Assembly (NCBI GenBank): GCA_965249275.1
Contig: CBDFLQ010000005.1
Span: forward strand, 1-64,000
Direction: 5' to 3'
DNA length: 64,000 nucleotides
Source of the DNA: Dehalococcoidia bacterium
GTDB lineage: Bacteria > Chloroflexota > Dehalococcoidia > Plut-88900
Shown here: piece by piece, positions 8,957-19,662 of the stretch
Position numbering within the stretch: the first letter of the stretch is position 1
Layout: each line of letters starts with the position of its first letter
The notes under the pieces: generated by a model
Database searches by the model: none
Told to the model about the DNA's origin: nothing
What the model saw: only the letters and a program-made list of their open reading frames with translations
Position numbers and translations under genes: made by a program

Positions 8957-10090
8957 TTATAGGCCTATGGCGTCGGCGACTTTTTCTTTGTGGTAGTCGG
9001 CGTCTCCGAAGAAGAGCTCGGCCTGCTTGGCCCTTCGGAAGAAGAGCTGCATGTCGTGCTCCTTGGTGAAACCGATTCCACCGTGGACCTGGTGACCCAG
9101 CGCAGCGACTCGGCGGCAAGCCTCGCTTACCCAGGCCTTCGCCATCGAGACCTCACGGTCGCACTCCAGGCCCTCGCTCATGCGCCAGGCGGCCTGGTAG
9201 GTGATGAACCGAGACCCGTCCACGTCGGTAGCCATGTTAGCGCAGTGGTGCTGAATGGCCTGGAAGCTCCCGATGGGCCTTCCAAACTGCACCCTGTTCT
9301 TGGCGTAGTCGACGGCTATCTCCAGCACCTGCTGGGAGTTGCCGACCATCTCGGCGCATTTGCCGACGGCGCCTCTGCGGAGGGCCTGCTCGACTATCGG
9401 CCAGCCCTCGTCGACGTTGCCAAGGACGTTAGTCCTCGGGACACGGACGTCGTTGAGCTCGACCTCGCACTGCTTGTCGGAAGCGATGGTCTTGAGCACT
9501 TCGTAATTGATTCCCGCGCTCTTCGCGTCGACGATGAACGCCGTTATGCCCTCGTTCGGGTCGTCAGTTTCCTTGGTGCGTGCAGTGACGATGAGATAGT
9601 CGGAGACGTGGGCGTCGGGCACAAAAAGCTTGACGCCGTTGAGGATGAAGTCGTCGCCGTCGGCCACACCGGTGACCGAGACGCCGCCCGCGTCCCAGCG
9701 GCCGCTGGGCTCGGTATGGGCCAGGGTCATGATGGCCTGTCCCTCGGAGATCTTGGTCAGGTACTCCTGCTTCTGCTCCTCGGTGCCGGCCTCGTTAATC
9801 GCCATTCCAGCCACGACGACTGTGTAGAAGTAGGGGCCCGGGACCAGGGCCCGGCCAAACTCCTCCACGAGCACCATCAGGTCCAGGAATTCGAATCCGG
9901 CGCCGCCGTACTTCTCAGGGAAGGGCAACCCCATGAATCCCTGCTCCACGAGCTTCTGCCACAGTTCCGGCGAGTAGCCCTTCTCGTCTTCTTCCATGTC
10001 CCGCACCAGTGTCTTGGGACACTCCGCTTCGAGTATCTCCCGTGCGGTGCGCTTGAGCATTTCCTGTTCTTCGCTAAGGCCCAGGTCCAT
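8957..10090 (-). CDS. Acyl-CoA dehydrogenase, non-catalytic partner type (FadE27/FadE28-like)
   Basis: RVQFGRPIGSFQAIQH, HQVHGGIGFTKEHD; lacks the FER catalytic Glu. Confidence 0.88.
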   Translation of the reverse strand: MDLGLSEEQEMLKRTAREILEAECPKTLVRDMEEDEKGYSPELWQKLVEQGFMGLPFPEKYGGAGFEFLDLMVLVEEFGRALVPGPYFYTVVVAGMAINEAGTEEQKQEYLTKISEGQAIMTLAHTEPSGRWDAGGVSVTGVADGDDFILNGVKLFVPDAHVSDYLIVTARTKETDDPNEGITAFIVDAKSAGINYEVLKTIASDKQCEVELNDVRVPRTNVLGNVDEGWPIVEQALRRGAVGKCAEMVGNSQQVLEIAVDYAKNRVQFGRPIGSFQAIQHHCANMATDVDGSRFITYQAAWRMSEGLECDREVSMAKAWVSEACRRVAALGHQVHGGIGFTKEHDMQLFFRRAKQAELFFGDADYHKEKVADAIGL

Positions 10091-10336
10091 CTTGCTTCCT
10101 CCTTGCCGAATATGGACGTGCGAGGGCTATTTTAACACTAATGGGCCGAAGATACATGTGCCTTCGCCAGTTCCCCGGGGCCCGTCCGGTCCGTCCTCAC
10201 CTCTGGATATCCCGGCGTGTGTCAACGCGCGTACGGGCCACGGGGGCGGTCAAGCCTGGTAAGTCATAAACAGTTATCTATATTGCTGGTTCTGTTACAT
10301 ATAACTCACATTGATGTTGTTAAACTGTGTTTACTA

Positions 10337-10566
10337 TGAAATCTCGCTGCATATTGGTCATAGCAGTGATGGCCACTCTGTGTCTCGCCTTATTCTCTTT
10401 CGGGTGTGAGCCTCGTCAGACCGCGAGCATGTATGAGATACCGCCTGAAGAGAGACCAGTAAGCACCCTGGACGAAAGGGGCAATTGGGCCGATGTCATA
10501 GTGCGCGCTACCTTGGTAACAACCAGGGCGGCGGCATACAGCCCTGGGATGACGGGGACCTGCTGA
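10337..10566 (+). pseudogene. Truncated lipoprotein, probable N-terminal remnant of the 10856/13473 family
   Basis: Signal peptide ending FSFGC; LDERGNWADVIVRATLV resembles VDMRILDSDVVVRVTYV. Confidence 0.5.
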
Positions 10567-10855
10567 TGCTGCGGGTCTCTCTACACAACTGACCCACTCT
10601 CGTGTCCACAAGCCCGATACCGGCTCAAAGTTCGCCTTAGCGTAACCCATCCCCTTGGGAACCTTTTTGACTGCTAGTACGTTATAGTCACATATGTAAA
10701 TGGTGTTACATACACTCCGCCAATACGAATTCTCTTGACCAGAGTTTCACCTAGTTATCTATCACACAGATCAAATATGCACCCCGCCGCCGACACCCTT
10801 GATGCACGAATTCGGGCATGACCCGCACTAGCTGCCTCACAGGAAGGAGAACCTG

Positions 10856-12457
10856 GTGACACGAAGACTTCTCTGTGGCTTAGCGGGAGGGCTGTTCCTC
10901 CTGCTGGCTATCGTTGGGTGCTCAGATTCTAGCAGCGTTGCCGGGCCTACGGCCACCCCAAAACTCCCCGTTATAACCATACCGTCCGAGCCGATTGAAC
11001 AGGTTGAGACTGCTACAATGTCCTCCGCAGAACTACCCACCCATCTGGAGTCCGGGGTCGCCAAGGCAATAGAACAGGTAATAGATACAAGAGAGGTCTC
11101 TCCTGATGTCGAATCCGAGTTGGTTCAGCCACTGGACTATGAGGAGAACGGCTCGGTTATACAGCGGTCTATCCTCATAGGCATAGAGCCGCACCAGGGC
11201 TCTGCTACCCCTTCAGTCGATATGCGTATCCTCGACTCCGACGTGGTGGTACGCGTCACCTATGTGTCCGAGACGTCTGACAGCCTGACGTTCCGAACAG
11301 TAGAGTACCTGAAGGGATCGGGCCCGTCGACCGTTACCATCACAGCCTCCACGGTGGGCCGCCCGATGACCTGGGACAACAGAGAGGCAATCCTGTTCCT
11401 CAAGAGGACGGCTGCCCAGGCCACAAAAAGCGTCAGCGGTGAGTTCGCATTTACCGAATCGACTCCTGATCACTATCAGGGCGAGTTGCCCGTGGGATTC
11501 GCCCTGGGAAGCCGTACCGCAGCGTGGTTGCCTGCCGCCTCAAGTGAAAGCGCTGGAGGGGCTGGCAGGGCTTCGGGCATCCGGAGCTATTTGGCCGACG
11601 CGGCCACCCCGCTGGGCGATCTCAATCCCGAAGTATCGCTGGATGAGATTCGCAACGCCATCGAATGGCAGCAAAGTGGAAGTGACATCGAGAAATACGA
11701 CGAGTGTGTTCGCCGTGCCGTCCACTATGAGCAATGGCACCGGGACTACCAGGTTTACCACGGGAAGCCCTGGACAACATGGGAGGTGGCGGCGGAGATT
11801 GCATCGGGAGTCGTAGCCGAGGCCATAGAGGAATATTTCCGGCAACACGGGGGAACCCTCTACGACAAATCATGGGTGAGCGGCCCGGATGCAGCGTATT
11901 TCGAAGGGCGCGCCGTAGGTGATGACGAACTGCCCGAGACAGGCTATTACGACAGCGTCCTGACAACCCGCCCCTTGCCGGCTGGCGCCTACAAGGTCAC
12001 AACACATAACCAAAAGCGTTGGTATCAGCCTTGCAACTACATTCCGGCTGATAATAAGTTGAACTACACTGTCACCGTCACCCCACCCCCCGCCACCCTC
12101 CACGAAGCCTTCTTTGACCCCGTGACCCTCGCCTCAGGCGTAGGCGCTGACTCATCCAACGGCGTTATCAAGCCCGCCGGATTCACCGTGGACGGGACTT
12201 CTACCTCCATCACTGGGCTGAAGTGGGAGAACGGCTCAGTCGTGCTTACTCTTTCGCCCTACGTATCCCTCACAGGGCATAAGGTGGAGTTTATAGAGCT
12301 GGACGGGTTGGTGGGGCTGTCACTGGACGTGGACGATGCCGCCGTTGATTCCGGGGCGGGGACGCTGACATGGGGGGTGTCGGGGCAGCCGTGGGAGGCT
12401 GGGGATTTGCTGATGTTGCGGATAGTCGGGGCGGAGTCGTCGGCGAAGGTAGAGTAG
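10856..12457 (+). CDS. Hypothetical lipoprotein, paralog 1
   Basis: Lipobox AIVGC; C-terminal ~120 aa nearly identical to 13473-15020. Confidence 0.85.
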   Translation: MTRRLLCGLAGGLFLLLAIVGCSDSSSVAGPTATPKLPVITIPSEPIEQVETATMSSAELPTHLESGVAKAIEQVIDTREVSPDVESELVQPLDYEENGSVIQRSILIGIEPHQGSATPSVDMRILDSDVVVRVTYVSETSDSLTFRTVEYLKGSGPSTVTITASTVGRPMTWDNREAILFLKRTAAQATKSVSGEFAFTESTPDHYQGELPVGFALGSRTAAWLPAASSESAGGAGRASGIRSYLADAATPLGDLNPEVSLDEIRNAIEWQQSGSDIEKYDECVRRAVHYEQWHRDYQVYHGKPWTTWEVAAEIASGVVAEAIEEYFRQHGGTLYDKSWVSGPDAAYFEGRAVGDDELPETGYYDSVLTTRPLPAGAYKVTTHNQKRWYQPCNYIPADNKLNYTVTVTPPPATLHEAFFDPVTLASGVGADSSNGVIKPAGFTVDGTSTSITGLKWENGSVVLTLSPYVSLTGHKVEFIELDGLVGLSLDVDDAAVDSGAGTLTWGVSGQPWEAGDLLMLRIVGAESSAKVE

Positions 12458-12570
12458 AGGGATGGATTCCTCTCGGTGGTGGGCCGCCCCCCGCTCATAC
12501 TTCGAGAGCCTCAGCACGAGCGGCTCCGCGGGATGGATTCCCGGTCGGAGTCGGGAATGACGGATAGGGC

Positions 12571-12957
12571 TTATTTTTGGGCGAGGGCCTCGGCGTCCCG
12601 GATGAAGTCGGCGGTCTCGTGGATGAGGCGTTGGGTCTCGTCAGTGGGATCGCAGAGCCCCGTGTAGAAGCACTCGCCATGCAGGAGCGCCTGCCTAGTG
12701 AAGTAACGGTCATGCAATGACCGAGTCTGCGGGTCAGCGGCCGCCAGCCGACGCAAGCCCCTGCTTGTATCCGGTGACCTTGGGGGACGTTTGCCGGTGC
12801 GCGTAAGGATAAGGGCCTCGGTGGCGCGGAGAGTGGCGCACCAGGCTTTTTCGGCAGCGTCCCGGATGTCATCGTCGGCCATGCGGGCCAGTGCAGCGCT
12901 GTGCATGCGCCGGGCATCGTCGAATATGATGTGAGGACTAGCCTCGGTGGTGGTCAT
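12571..12957 (-). CDS. PaREP1-family (HEPN-like) protein
   Basis: DAAEKAWCA...LHGECFY; paralog of 15082-15468. Confidence 0.7.
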   Translation of the reverse strand: MTTTEASPHIIFDDARRMHSAALARMADDDIRDAAEKAWCATLRATEALILTRTGKRPPRSPDTSRGLRRLAAADPQTRSLHDRYFTRQALLHGECFYTGLCDPTDETQRLIHETADFIRDAEALAQK

Positions 12958-13020
12958 GGGTCGGATTATAGCACGGGGCGGATTCACGCTACGACAAGGG
13001 CAGACTCACCATAGGCAGAT

Positions 13021-13425
13021 GTGCCATTTCGACGGCATGAACGGTGGGAGGAGATGGATATCGGCGGGGGTGGGGATGCGGCGCCACCGGCTATAATGAT
13101 TATCAAGACTAACACTGAGTTTCAGTTCCTCCAGATTGGCGCACCGGAACCTATCAAATACACACTCGATCCTAACCTTCATCGAAAAAAGGTGCCAGGT
13201 GATGAAGGGGGTCGCTACTTTTACCTTCCAAAGTTGCTCATGCACGAATTTCCGCACACGTTGGGGTTACCTGACACGCACAATGCGGACTACGTAGACA
13301 ACCCCGATGATCACGTAGGCGACTTAATGCACTACCGGCCAGGTGGTTGGGACTACGTACCGGAGGATGAGCTGAAAGATGAGTTTAAGGACGGGGACTC
13401 CGAGCTTTTGGCGGACATATACTAG
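13021..13425 (+). pseudogene. C-terminal fragment of a zinc metallopeptidase (metzincin-like)
   Basis: LLMHEFPHTLGLPD zinc motif and Met-turn DLMHY; no signal peptide or clear N-terminus. Confidence 0.6.
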
Positions 13426-13472
13426 AATGGATCTGGATCCAATCATTGATGCAGTCAAGGACAAGCTGAGTC

Positions 13473-15020
13473 ATGCGAATGTTGTATAGGAATCGATTAC
13501 GTTTGGTAAAGCTCGTGGGTCTGAGTGCAGCCCTAGTGTTCCTTGTGATTCTTGCGTTGGCGTGTGGCGGCGCCGAGAGTGAGGTGGAGACCACTCAGGG
13601 TAATAGCGGTAGTTCGGCATGGGGTGACATAACCGACGGTGTCCCTTACAGAGGACAGGTAACCATGAAGGAGGCGATACTATACGCGGAGGCGATGGCC
13701 CGCGTTAGGTACATTTCCGCCAGGCAGACCGTCGAAGAAATCCGGCTGGGCGACCCAGACCGGTATTCCACCCTGTATGCCAACTCCCTGGAAATTACCT
13801 TTGAAGTTGTTGAATATCTTATGGGAAGTGGAGGATCGGAGATAAAGGCGGTGCTATACAACCGGGACGGATGGCGTTACACGCGTGCGGAAGTGGAGGC
13901 CCTCAATGAGAACCTGATTCCCTTGCGAACTACGGTATGGGACGACCGGGAAGCCATCGTTTTTCTACGTTCAGGTCACAGCGTTGTAAGCACCATCAAC
14001 GACGCCGACCGATATTTTATGACCTCTTTCCGCAACAACGGAGAGGACGGCTACACGGTAGCCAGCAGATGGACGAAAGCGTGGCTTCCCGATGCCGCAG
14101 CGGCGGACTCGGAAAGTGGCTCGCAAACCGAGCAACGGTTCTTGATAAACCTGTCAAGCACATCCGGCGGGGGCGTGCAGGGTGACACGATGACTGTTAG
14201 TGAATTGAAGGCCCTGGTGACCAGGATACAAAATGAGCTTACCGCTGGGGGTACGGAAGAGCACGCCAGGTGCGTTCGTGGAAAGTACTATGAGGCGAGA
14301 TATGCACAATACCGCAAGAATCTGATTGAGAACGAATGGGGTAAAGACTACAACCACCAACACGAGAAAGAAATAAGTTCGGGTGCACCAGCCGGAACCG
14401 AAGTGTACGTCGATATCGAGGCTGAACGGTTTGCTGGGGACCCCATGCCAGACTCGTACGATATTGATGTTGTGATATTGCATTTGGGGCAGGATGGGGA
14501 TTTGTTTGACAAGGCGTGGCCACGCAACGCCGTTACAGGACGGCCACTCCCTCAAGGCACCTACCGGTTCTATTGGGCTGTCCAGGGCACACTTTTTGCG
14601 TTGTGTGATGGTCTACCGAAACTCCTCAAAACCCGCAACGAGGTAATTGTAACCGTCACCCCACCCCCCAACACCCTGCACGAAGCCTTCTTTGATCCGG
14701 TGACCCTCGCCTCCGGCGTAGGCGCAGACTCTTCCAACGGCGTTATCAAGCCTGCCGGGTTCACAGTCGATGGGACTTCCACTTCCATCACCGGGCTGAA
14801 GTGGGAGAACGGCTCAGTCGTGCTTACTCTTTCGCCCTACGTATCCCTCACAGGGCAAAAGGTGGAGTTTATAGAGCTGGACGGGTCGGTGGGGCTGTCG
14901 CTGGACGTGGACGATGCCGCCGTTGATTCCGGGGCGGGGACGCTGACATGGGGGGTGTCGGGGCAGCCGTGGGAGGCTGGGGATTTGTTGATGTTGCGGA
15001 TAGTCGGGGCGGGGGGGTAG
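13473..15020 (+). CDS. Hypothetical lipoprotein, paralog 2
   Basis: Lipobox LALAC; shares VEYL.GSG, WD.REAI.FL, AWLP and the conserved C-terminus with paralog 1. Confidence 0.85.
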   Translation: MRMLYRNRLRLVKLVGLSAALVFLVILALACGGAESEVETTQGNSGSSAWGDITDGVPYRGQVTMKEAILYAEAMARVRYISARQTVEEIRLGDPDRYSTLYANSLEITFEVVEYLMGSGGSEIKAVLYNRDGWRYTRAEVEALNENLIPLRTTVWDDREAIVFLRSGHSVVSTINDADRYFMTSFRNNGEDGYTVASRWTKAWLPDAAAADSESGSQTEQRFLINLSSTSGGGVQGDTMTVSELKALVTRIQNELTAGGTEEHARCVRGKYYEARYAQYRKNLIENEWGKDYNHQHEKEISSGAPAGTEVYVDIEAERFAGDPMPDSYDIDVVILHLGQDGDLFDKAWPRNAVTGRPLPQGTYRFYWAVQGTLFALCDGLPKLLKTRNEVIVTVTPPPNTLHEAFFDPVTLASGVGADSSNGVIKPAGFTVDGTSTSITGLKWENGSVVLTLSPYVSLTGQKVEFIELDGSVGLSLDVDDAAVDSGAGTLTWGVSGQPWEAGDLLMLRIVGAGG

Positions 15021-15081
15021 GGGGTGGGGGATCCTATATTCTACTTTATAATTCCCGCCTTGGCGGGAATTATGGAGGAGC

Positions 15082-15468
15082 TTATTTTTGGGCGAGGGAC
15101 TCGGCGTCCCGGATGAAGTCGGCGGTCTCGTGGATGAGGCGTTGGGTGTCCTCTATAGGCTCGCACCAGCCGGTGTAAAAGCAAGCGCCGTGCAGGGCCG
15201 CTTGTCGCTCGAAGTACCGGGACTGCAAGCTGTGCACTGACGGGTCGGCCGCGGCGAAGGTCCTGAGGGCACGGGTGACATCGGGCGAGCGCGGGGAAGG
15301 CTGGCCGGTACGGGCGAGAACGAGGGCCTCGGTGGCGCGGAGAGTGGCGCACCAGGCTTTTTCGGCAGCGTCCCGGATGTCATCATTGTCCATGCGGGCC
15401 AGCGCGGCACTGTGCATGCGCCGGGCATCGTCGAATATGATGTGAGGACTAGCCTCGGTGGTGGTCAT
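15082..15468 (-). CDS. PaREP1-family (HEPN-like) protein
   Basis: DAAEKAWCA...LHGACFY. Confidence 0.7.
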   Translation of the reverse strand: MTTTEASPHIIFDDARRMHSAALARMDNDDIRDAAEKAWCATLRATEALVLARTGQPSPRSPDVTRALRTFAAADPSVHSLQSRYFERQAALHGACFYTGWCEPIEDTQRLIHETADFIRDAESLAQK

Positions 15469-15595
15469 GTCTGTTCTATCTCAATTAACCTACGTATTCC
15501 GTGTTTTCGCTTCGATTCCTGCCGGCCCTATGTGGCGATGCGAATCACCCTCACCCTAGCCCTCTCCCATCAAGGGAGAGGGGACTGGACAAGGT

Positions 15596-16774
15596 TTATG
15601 CGCCCCGCGGGAGGCCGAGGCCTCGGGTGGCGATTATGTTCTTCTGTATCTCGCTGGTTCCGCCCGCTATATTAACACCAATGCTCTCAAGGTACATATG
15701 CCTCATGCCGCCTTCCAGCGCTGCGTACTTGGAATCCGCTCTCAGCTGGCCGGTCAGGCCCATGACCTGCATCCCAATTTCGCTGAACCGTTTGAGCATC
15801 GCGGTGCTGTAGACCTTGGCGATGGAGCCTGCGTCGTCGGGGGAGTGGCCCTGGGTGGCAAGCCAGGCGACCCGGTAGCAGAGCATACGCGAGACCTCGA
15901 TGTCGATGGCGGCGTCAGCGAGCTTGTTCCTGACACGGGGGTCGTCTATCAGCCGTGAGCCGTTGGACCGGGTCTCCCTGGCGTAGTCGATAAGCTCTTC
16001 CAGGGCGCGGCGGGCGGCGGCGGGCCACTCGACGGTCGAGCGTTCGAAGCCGAGAAGGGTCATGGCCACATACCAGCCCCGGTTCACCTCCCCGACGATA
16101 TCGGCCTTGTTGACCCGTACGTTGTCGAAGAAGACCTCGTTGAAGGAGTGGCGGCCCGTGGCGCTCACTATGGGGCGCACCTCGACTCCCGGGTCGGACA
16201 TGTCGCCGAGGAAGAAGGTTATGCCGCGGTGCTTGGGGGCCTCGGGATTGGTGCGGGCCAGCATGAAGAAGCGGTCGGCGTGGTGGGCGCCGCTGGTCCA
16301 TATCTTCTGGCCGGAGATCACGAAGTCGTCGCCATCCTCGACGGCCCGGGTCTGGAGGGATGCGAGGTCGGAGCCCGAGCCCGGCTCGCTGAAGCCCTGG
16401 CACCAGTTGATCCGGCCCTCGGCGATGGCGGGGAGGTACTTGCGCTTCTGCTCCTCCGTCCCGTGCATCATCAGCGCAGGCCCGAGCATGCCGATGCCGA
16501 AGGCGTCCTTGCCTGGGGCCCGGTAGTAGGCCATCTCCTCGTAGAAGACCAGCTGGGTAATGGGCGATGCGTCCTGACCGCCGTACTCCTTGGGCCAGCC
16601 CATAGTCAGCCAGCCGCGGTCGGCCAGTTTGCGGCGCATGGCCCTGGCCAGGTCGGAGTCTTCGTCTGCTGTCTCGATGAGCCCGTAACGCCACTTGCGC
16701 GGCAGTTCCTTCTCCAGGAAGCTGCGAAGCTCCTCCCGGAAGGCCTCTTCTTCTTGTCCGAATTTGTATTGCAT
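15596..16774 (-). CDS. Acyl-CoA dehydrogenase, catalytic type (FadE26/FadE29-like)
   Basis: WCQGFSEPGSGSDLASL, GQKIWTS, KHRGIT, GFER, GGTSEIQKNIIATRGLGLPR. Confidence 0.93.
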   Translation of the reverse strand: MQYKFGQEEEAFREELRSFLEKELPRKWRYGLIETADEDSDLARAMRRKLADRGWLTMGWPKEYGGQDASPITQLVFYEEMAYYRAPGKDAFGIGMLGPALMMHGTEEQKRKYLPAIAEGRINWCQGFSEPGSGSDLASLQTRAVEDGDDFVISGQKIWTSGAHHADRFFMLARTNPEAPKHRGITFFLGDMSDPGVEVRPIVSATGRHSFNEVFFDNVRVNKADIVGEVNRGWYVAMTLLGFERSTVEWPAAARRALEELIDYARETRSNGSRLIDDPRVRNKLADAAIDIEVSRMLCYRVAWLATQGHSPDDAGSIAKVYSTAMLKRFSEIGMQVMGLTGQLRADSKYAALEGGMRHMYLESIGVNIAGGTSEIQKNIIATRGLGLPRGA

Positions 16775-17354
16775 TGGTTTGTTCCTATTCTCTTGCTTGT
16801 TTCACCCTCACCCCCTCGAGGGACTCGGGGCAGGCTCTAACCCTCTCCCATCAAGGTAGAGGGGACAGGAATCCCCCCAGTCCCCTCTACCAAAGGGGCT
16901 CCGTCCGTCTGGACTCCCTTTCGGGAGGGTTCAGTCTGTTGGTCTAACTCCCCTCTGGAGGCCGATGCCCTTGTGTCTCGCCTATCTTTGTACGGAGGGA
17001 ATGATATACGATTTTAGGCAAGGCTTGTGAGGTTTGGCGAGAGTATGGAGAAGGGATACGAAAGGGAACGTGGGGAGTGCATGGTAGAAGGGAAGTGAAA
17101 ATTGCCTGTGTTGGGCCTGGGGCGGCTCCATAGACTGTTTCTAGGCGCTTCAAGACGCGACCGAGGCAGCGAACGCACCCGTCAACAAGTCACTTTCGGA
17201 ACGTCTAGGCTGCGCCAATAAAGCCTCATACTCTTCCAAGCGCTTCCTCAGCCTATTCAGTCGGTCGCTCATAGAATCTTCTGCCATCGTTACCTCCTAC
17301 TCATGTGCTGGCACAATCAATTGACTCAAAGGCTGACAGTGATATTATGGTGGC

Positions 17355-18377
17355 ATGTTGCCGGCTGGCATAAGCGTCAAAGGTCGGCATCAAGCGATGG
17401 CTGGGGTAGTGGCATTGGCTATCGCCGCTGGGGTTATCTTCATTTCCTGTGGTGGAGAGCCAGCGGAGCCAACACCGGTTTCCGCTCCGACTGTCGAACC
17501 CACGGCAACGCTCATGCCAGTACCGACGCCGGACCCGACGCCGACACTAGAGCCAACCGCTACGCCGACGCCGACTGCTGCACCGGAACCAACTGTGACG
17601 CCGGAGCCAACTATTGCGCCGTCGCCTACGGCTACGCCAGCGCCGACCGCCGTACCTACGGCTGCGCCTACACCGACTGCCACGCCCGAGCCAACTGCCA
17701 TGCCGATGCCGGTGCCGACTGCCACACCGGAACCGGGGACAGCCTCTCAGGAGGAGGTGGACAAACTACTGGAAGAACTCGACGTTAATTCGATTATCGA
17801 AAATACCATCGCTGTCATAGAGGAAAATCCGATTTTCAGAGCCGTCCGCACTCAGACGCTTAGAGACGGAGGAATAGAAATCTTTGACACTCTCTACGAG
17901 TATACGGGCGATTATGACGCTCCTTATACGGCCCAGGGCACACACCTTACGCCTTCTATTGGCCGGATATATGAATTCGATTCGACGTGGCGCTCGACAT
18001 GTGTTCGGAAAATCGCTCCTAGTGTAGAGCGTAGGCTGTATTACGAACACGATGACTGGTGGAAAATAGGGCCTAATGCGGAGAGACTCGTTCCGCCTAT
18101 TCCGTTTTTCCCTTTGATCCCCAACTTCGGGGGGTGGGAGGCAGTCGATCTCCACAGGCAAAGCGGCCCCCTCGAGCTTGTCCTCCGCACGGTGCTTCCT
18201 AACGGCCTAAGCTACACTGTCCACATATATCCAGAAGCCCATCCCTTTCGCGTAGTGGTTGAAAAAAGCTATTTCGGTGACCGACTCCTTTCTGACACGA
18301 CGTACTTTTACGACACTGAGGAAGGGCCGGTAGTGCATGAGAGCGAAGAGGACTGCCTTTCGCGCAATGCCAGCTGA
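17355..18377 (+). CDS. Pro/Thr-rich lipoprotein of unknown function
   Basis: IFISC lipobox-like site, long PT/PEPT linker, unique C-terminal domain. Confidence 0.75.
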   Translation: MLPAGISVKGRHQAMAGVVALAIAAGVIFISCGGEPAEPTPVSAPTVEPTATLMPVPTPDPTPTLEPTATPTPTAAPEPTVTPEPTIAPSPTATPAPTAVPTAAPTPTATPEPTAMPMPVPTATPEPGTASQEEVDKLLEELDVNSIIENTIAVIEENPIFRAVRTQTLRDGGIEIFDTLYEYTGDYDAPYTAQGTHLTPSIGRIYEFDSTWRSTCVRKIAPSVERRLYYEHDDWWKIGPNAERLVPPIPFFPLIPNFGGWEAVDLHRQSGPLELVLRTVLPNGLSYTVHIYPEAHPFRVVVEKSYFGDRLLSDTTYFYDTEEGPVVHESEEDCLSRNAS

Positions 18378-18540
18378 CCGCTCCCGCCGCCCTTAGACCG
18401 GCTCTGCCGTTCTGGATGCGATTTGCACTTGCCTCATAGGGGCGCACTAAATAGACGATGGTTTCCCCTGCGTGCTACGATACCAACAGAGCGTCTTGGC
18501 GCTTCGTTCGAAAGGCTATCGGGCGACTACGGGGGTGAGT

Positions 18541-18882
18541 ATGGCCGCGATTGTAGTTTTGACAGGCGTAGTGGATAAAGAGGATGACCAGTTCGCGGCA
18601 TTTTGCCTGGAGCTCGGCACCGCTACTCAAGGCGATACTGAAGAGGAGGCATGGGCAAACCTTCAAGAAGCGGTTCAGGGTGAAATAGAGCTTTTGGGGG
18701 AATTGGGCGAACTTGACCACACCTTCAAGGAGCGCGGCATCAAGGTGTGGGCGGTGGAGAGAAACATCGTTCCTTATCGTGACCTTGCCACTGCCAAGGA
18801 CCACTTGGCAGAGAACGCCAGGGTGAGGGTTATATGTCCTTCTATTCCCGGCAATGCAATGAGCGAAAAGGTTGCGATTTAG
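18541..18882 (+). CDS. hicB: HicB-family antitoxin
   Basis: KEDDQFAAFCLELGTATQGDTEEEAWANLQEAV. Confidence 0.8.
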   Translation: MAAIVVLTGVVDKEDDQFAAFCLELGTATQGDTEEEAWANLQEAVQGEIELLGELGELDHTFKERGIKVWAVERNIVPYRDLATAKDHLAENARVRVICPSIPGNAMSEKVAI

Positions 18883-18893
18883 CTCTCTTCCGT

Positions 18894-19004
18894 CTTGTTC
18901 CAGTCAAGAAGCAGCTGCAAAAGTCCGTACTCAAGAACATTCTCACTAAGCTGGAAATCCCGTTAGAAGATTTTGTGGGAGCGCTGAGACGTCGGGGGCC
19001 ATAG
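18894..19004 (+). pseudogene. C-terminal remnant of a HicA-like toxin
   Basis: LVPVKKQLQKSVLKNILTKLEIPLEDF with no nearby in-frame start. Confidence 0.5.
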
Positions 19005-19044
19005 CATGTGTGGACTTCCCTCAGGGAGGATTTGATCTAGAGGC

Positions 19045-19128
19045 TTAGCTCCCCCTCGGGAGCCCGAGGCCCTTGGTGGCGATTATATTACGTTGTATCT
19101 CCGACGTGCCTACTCTGATGGGCTCGCT
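19045..19128 (-). pseudogene. Displaced duplicate of an acyl-CoA dehydrogenase 3' end
   Basis: Encodes SEPIRVGTSEIQRNIIATKGLGLPRGS-stop; 19078-19111 is identical to 19696-19729. Confidence 0.85.
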
Positions 19129-19220
19129 CTCAATTCGTCCCGTTACTCATTTGCTTGACGTGACTACTTCCAGGTCAGTAGGGTAGCTCTATCCGACCGG
19201 GAAGGAATCGTGGCATCGCA

Positions 19221-19628
19221 ATGAACTACGAGAGTTTGAACGTGCTGAGAAGGCCGCTCGCCGTGCTTCTGGGACTGATGGCCACCTATGCGCTGGTCCA
19301 CTTCGTATTCAACTCCCTCTACGACGAAACCTCCCTGATGCTGGACATCCTCGGATACATAATGGCTGTTGGCGCCACCTTCTTCGTTGTGCTCACCTAC
19401 ATCCACCGGCGCCGTTCGGAAGAGCCGAATCTCGGTGCAGCCTGCGCTTTCTACGCGGCCCTAGTTCTGGCAATCCTTTTCTTCGGTAACTGGATCGACT
19501 CCCTCAACGACTATGTGCACCTGTCCGAACAGACTACCAACAACGTATGGACTGTGGTAGACGTCATGTTCGTAGTGGTGGGATACACGGTGAGTGCCCG
19601 ACTCTGGCAACAGAATCCTGCCAAATAA
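19221..19628 (+). CDS. Four-TM membrane protein of unknown function
   Basis: Four hydrophobic helices; AAGGA RBS. Confidence 0.7.
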   Translation: MNYESLNVLRRPLAVLLGLMATYALVHFVFNSLYDETSLMLDILGYIMAVGATFFVVLTYIHRRRSEEPNLGAACAFYAALVLAILFFGNWIDSLNDYVHLSEQTTNNVWTVVDVMFVVVGYTVSARLWQQNPAK

Positions 19629-19662
19629 GCGGCCTGTTATTGGAGAGGATCCGGTCCAGAGC

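Noticed and set aside
15505-15535. tRNA-like TTCGATTCC (possible att site)
   Set aside because: No pairing T-stem, acceptor stem or CCA end.
17189-17287. 32-aa minus-strand ORF with a good GGAGG RBS
   Set aside because: Too short and no family recognised; probably a gene remnant.
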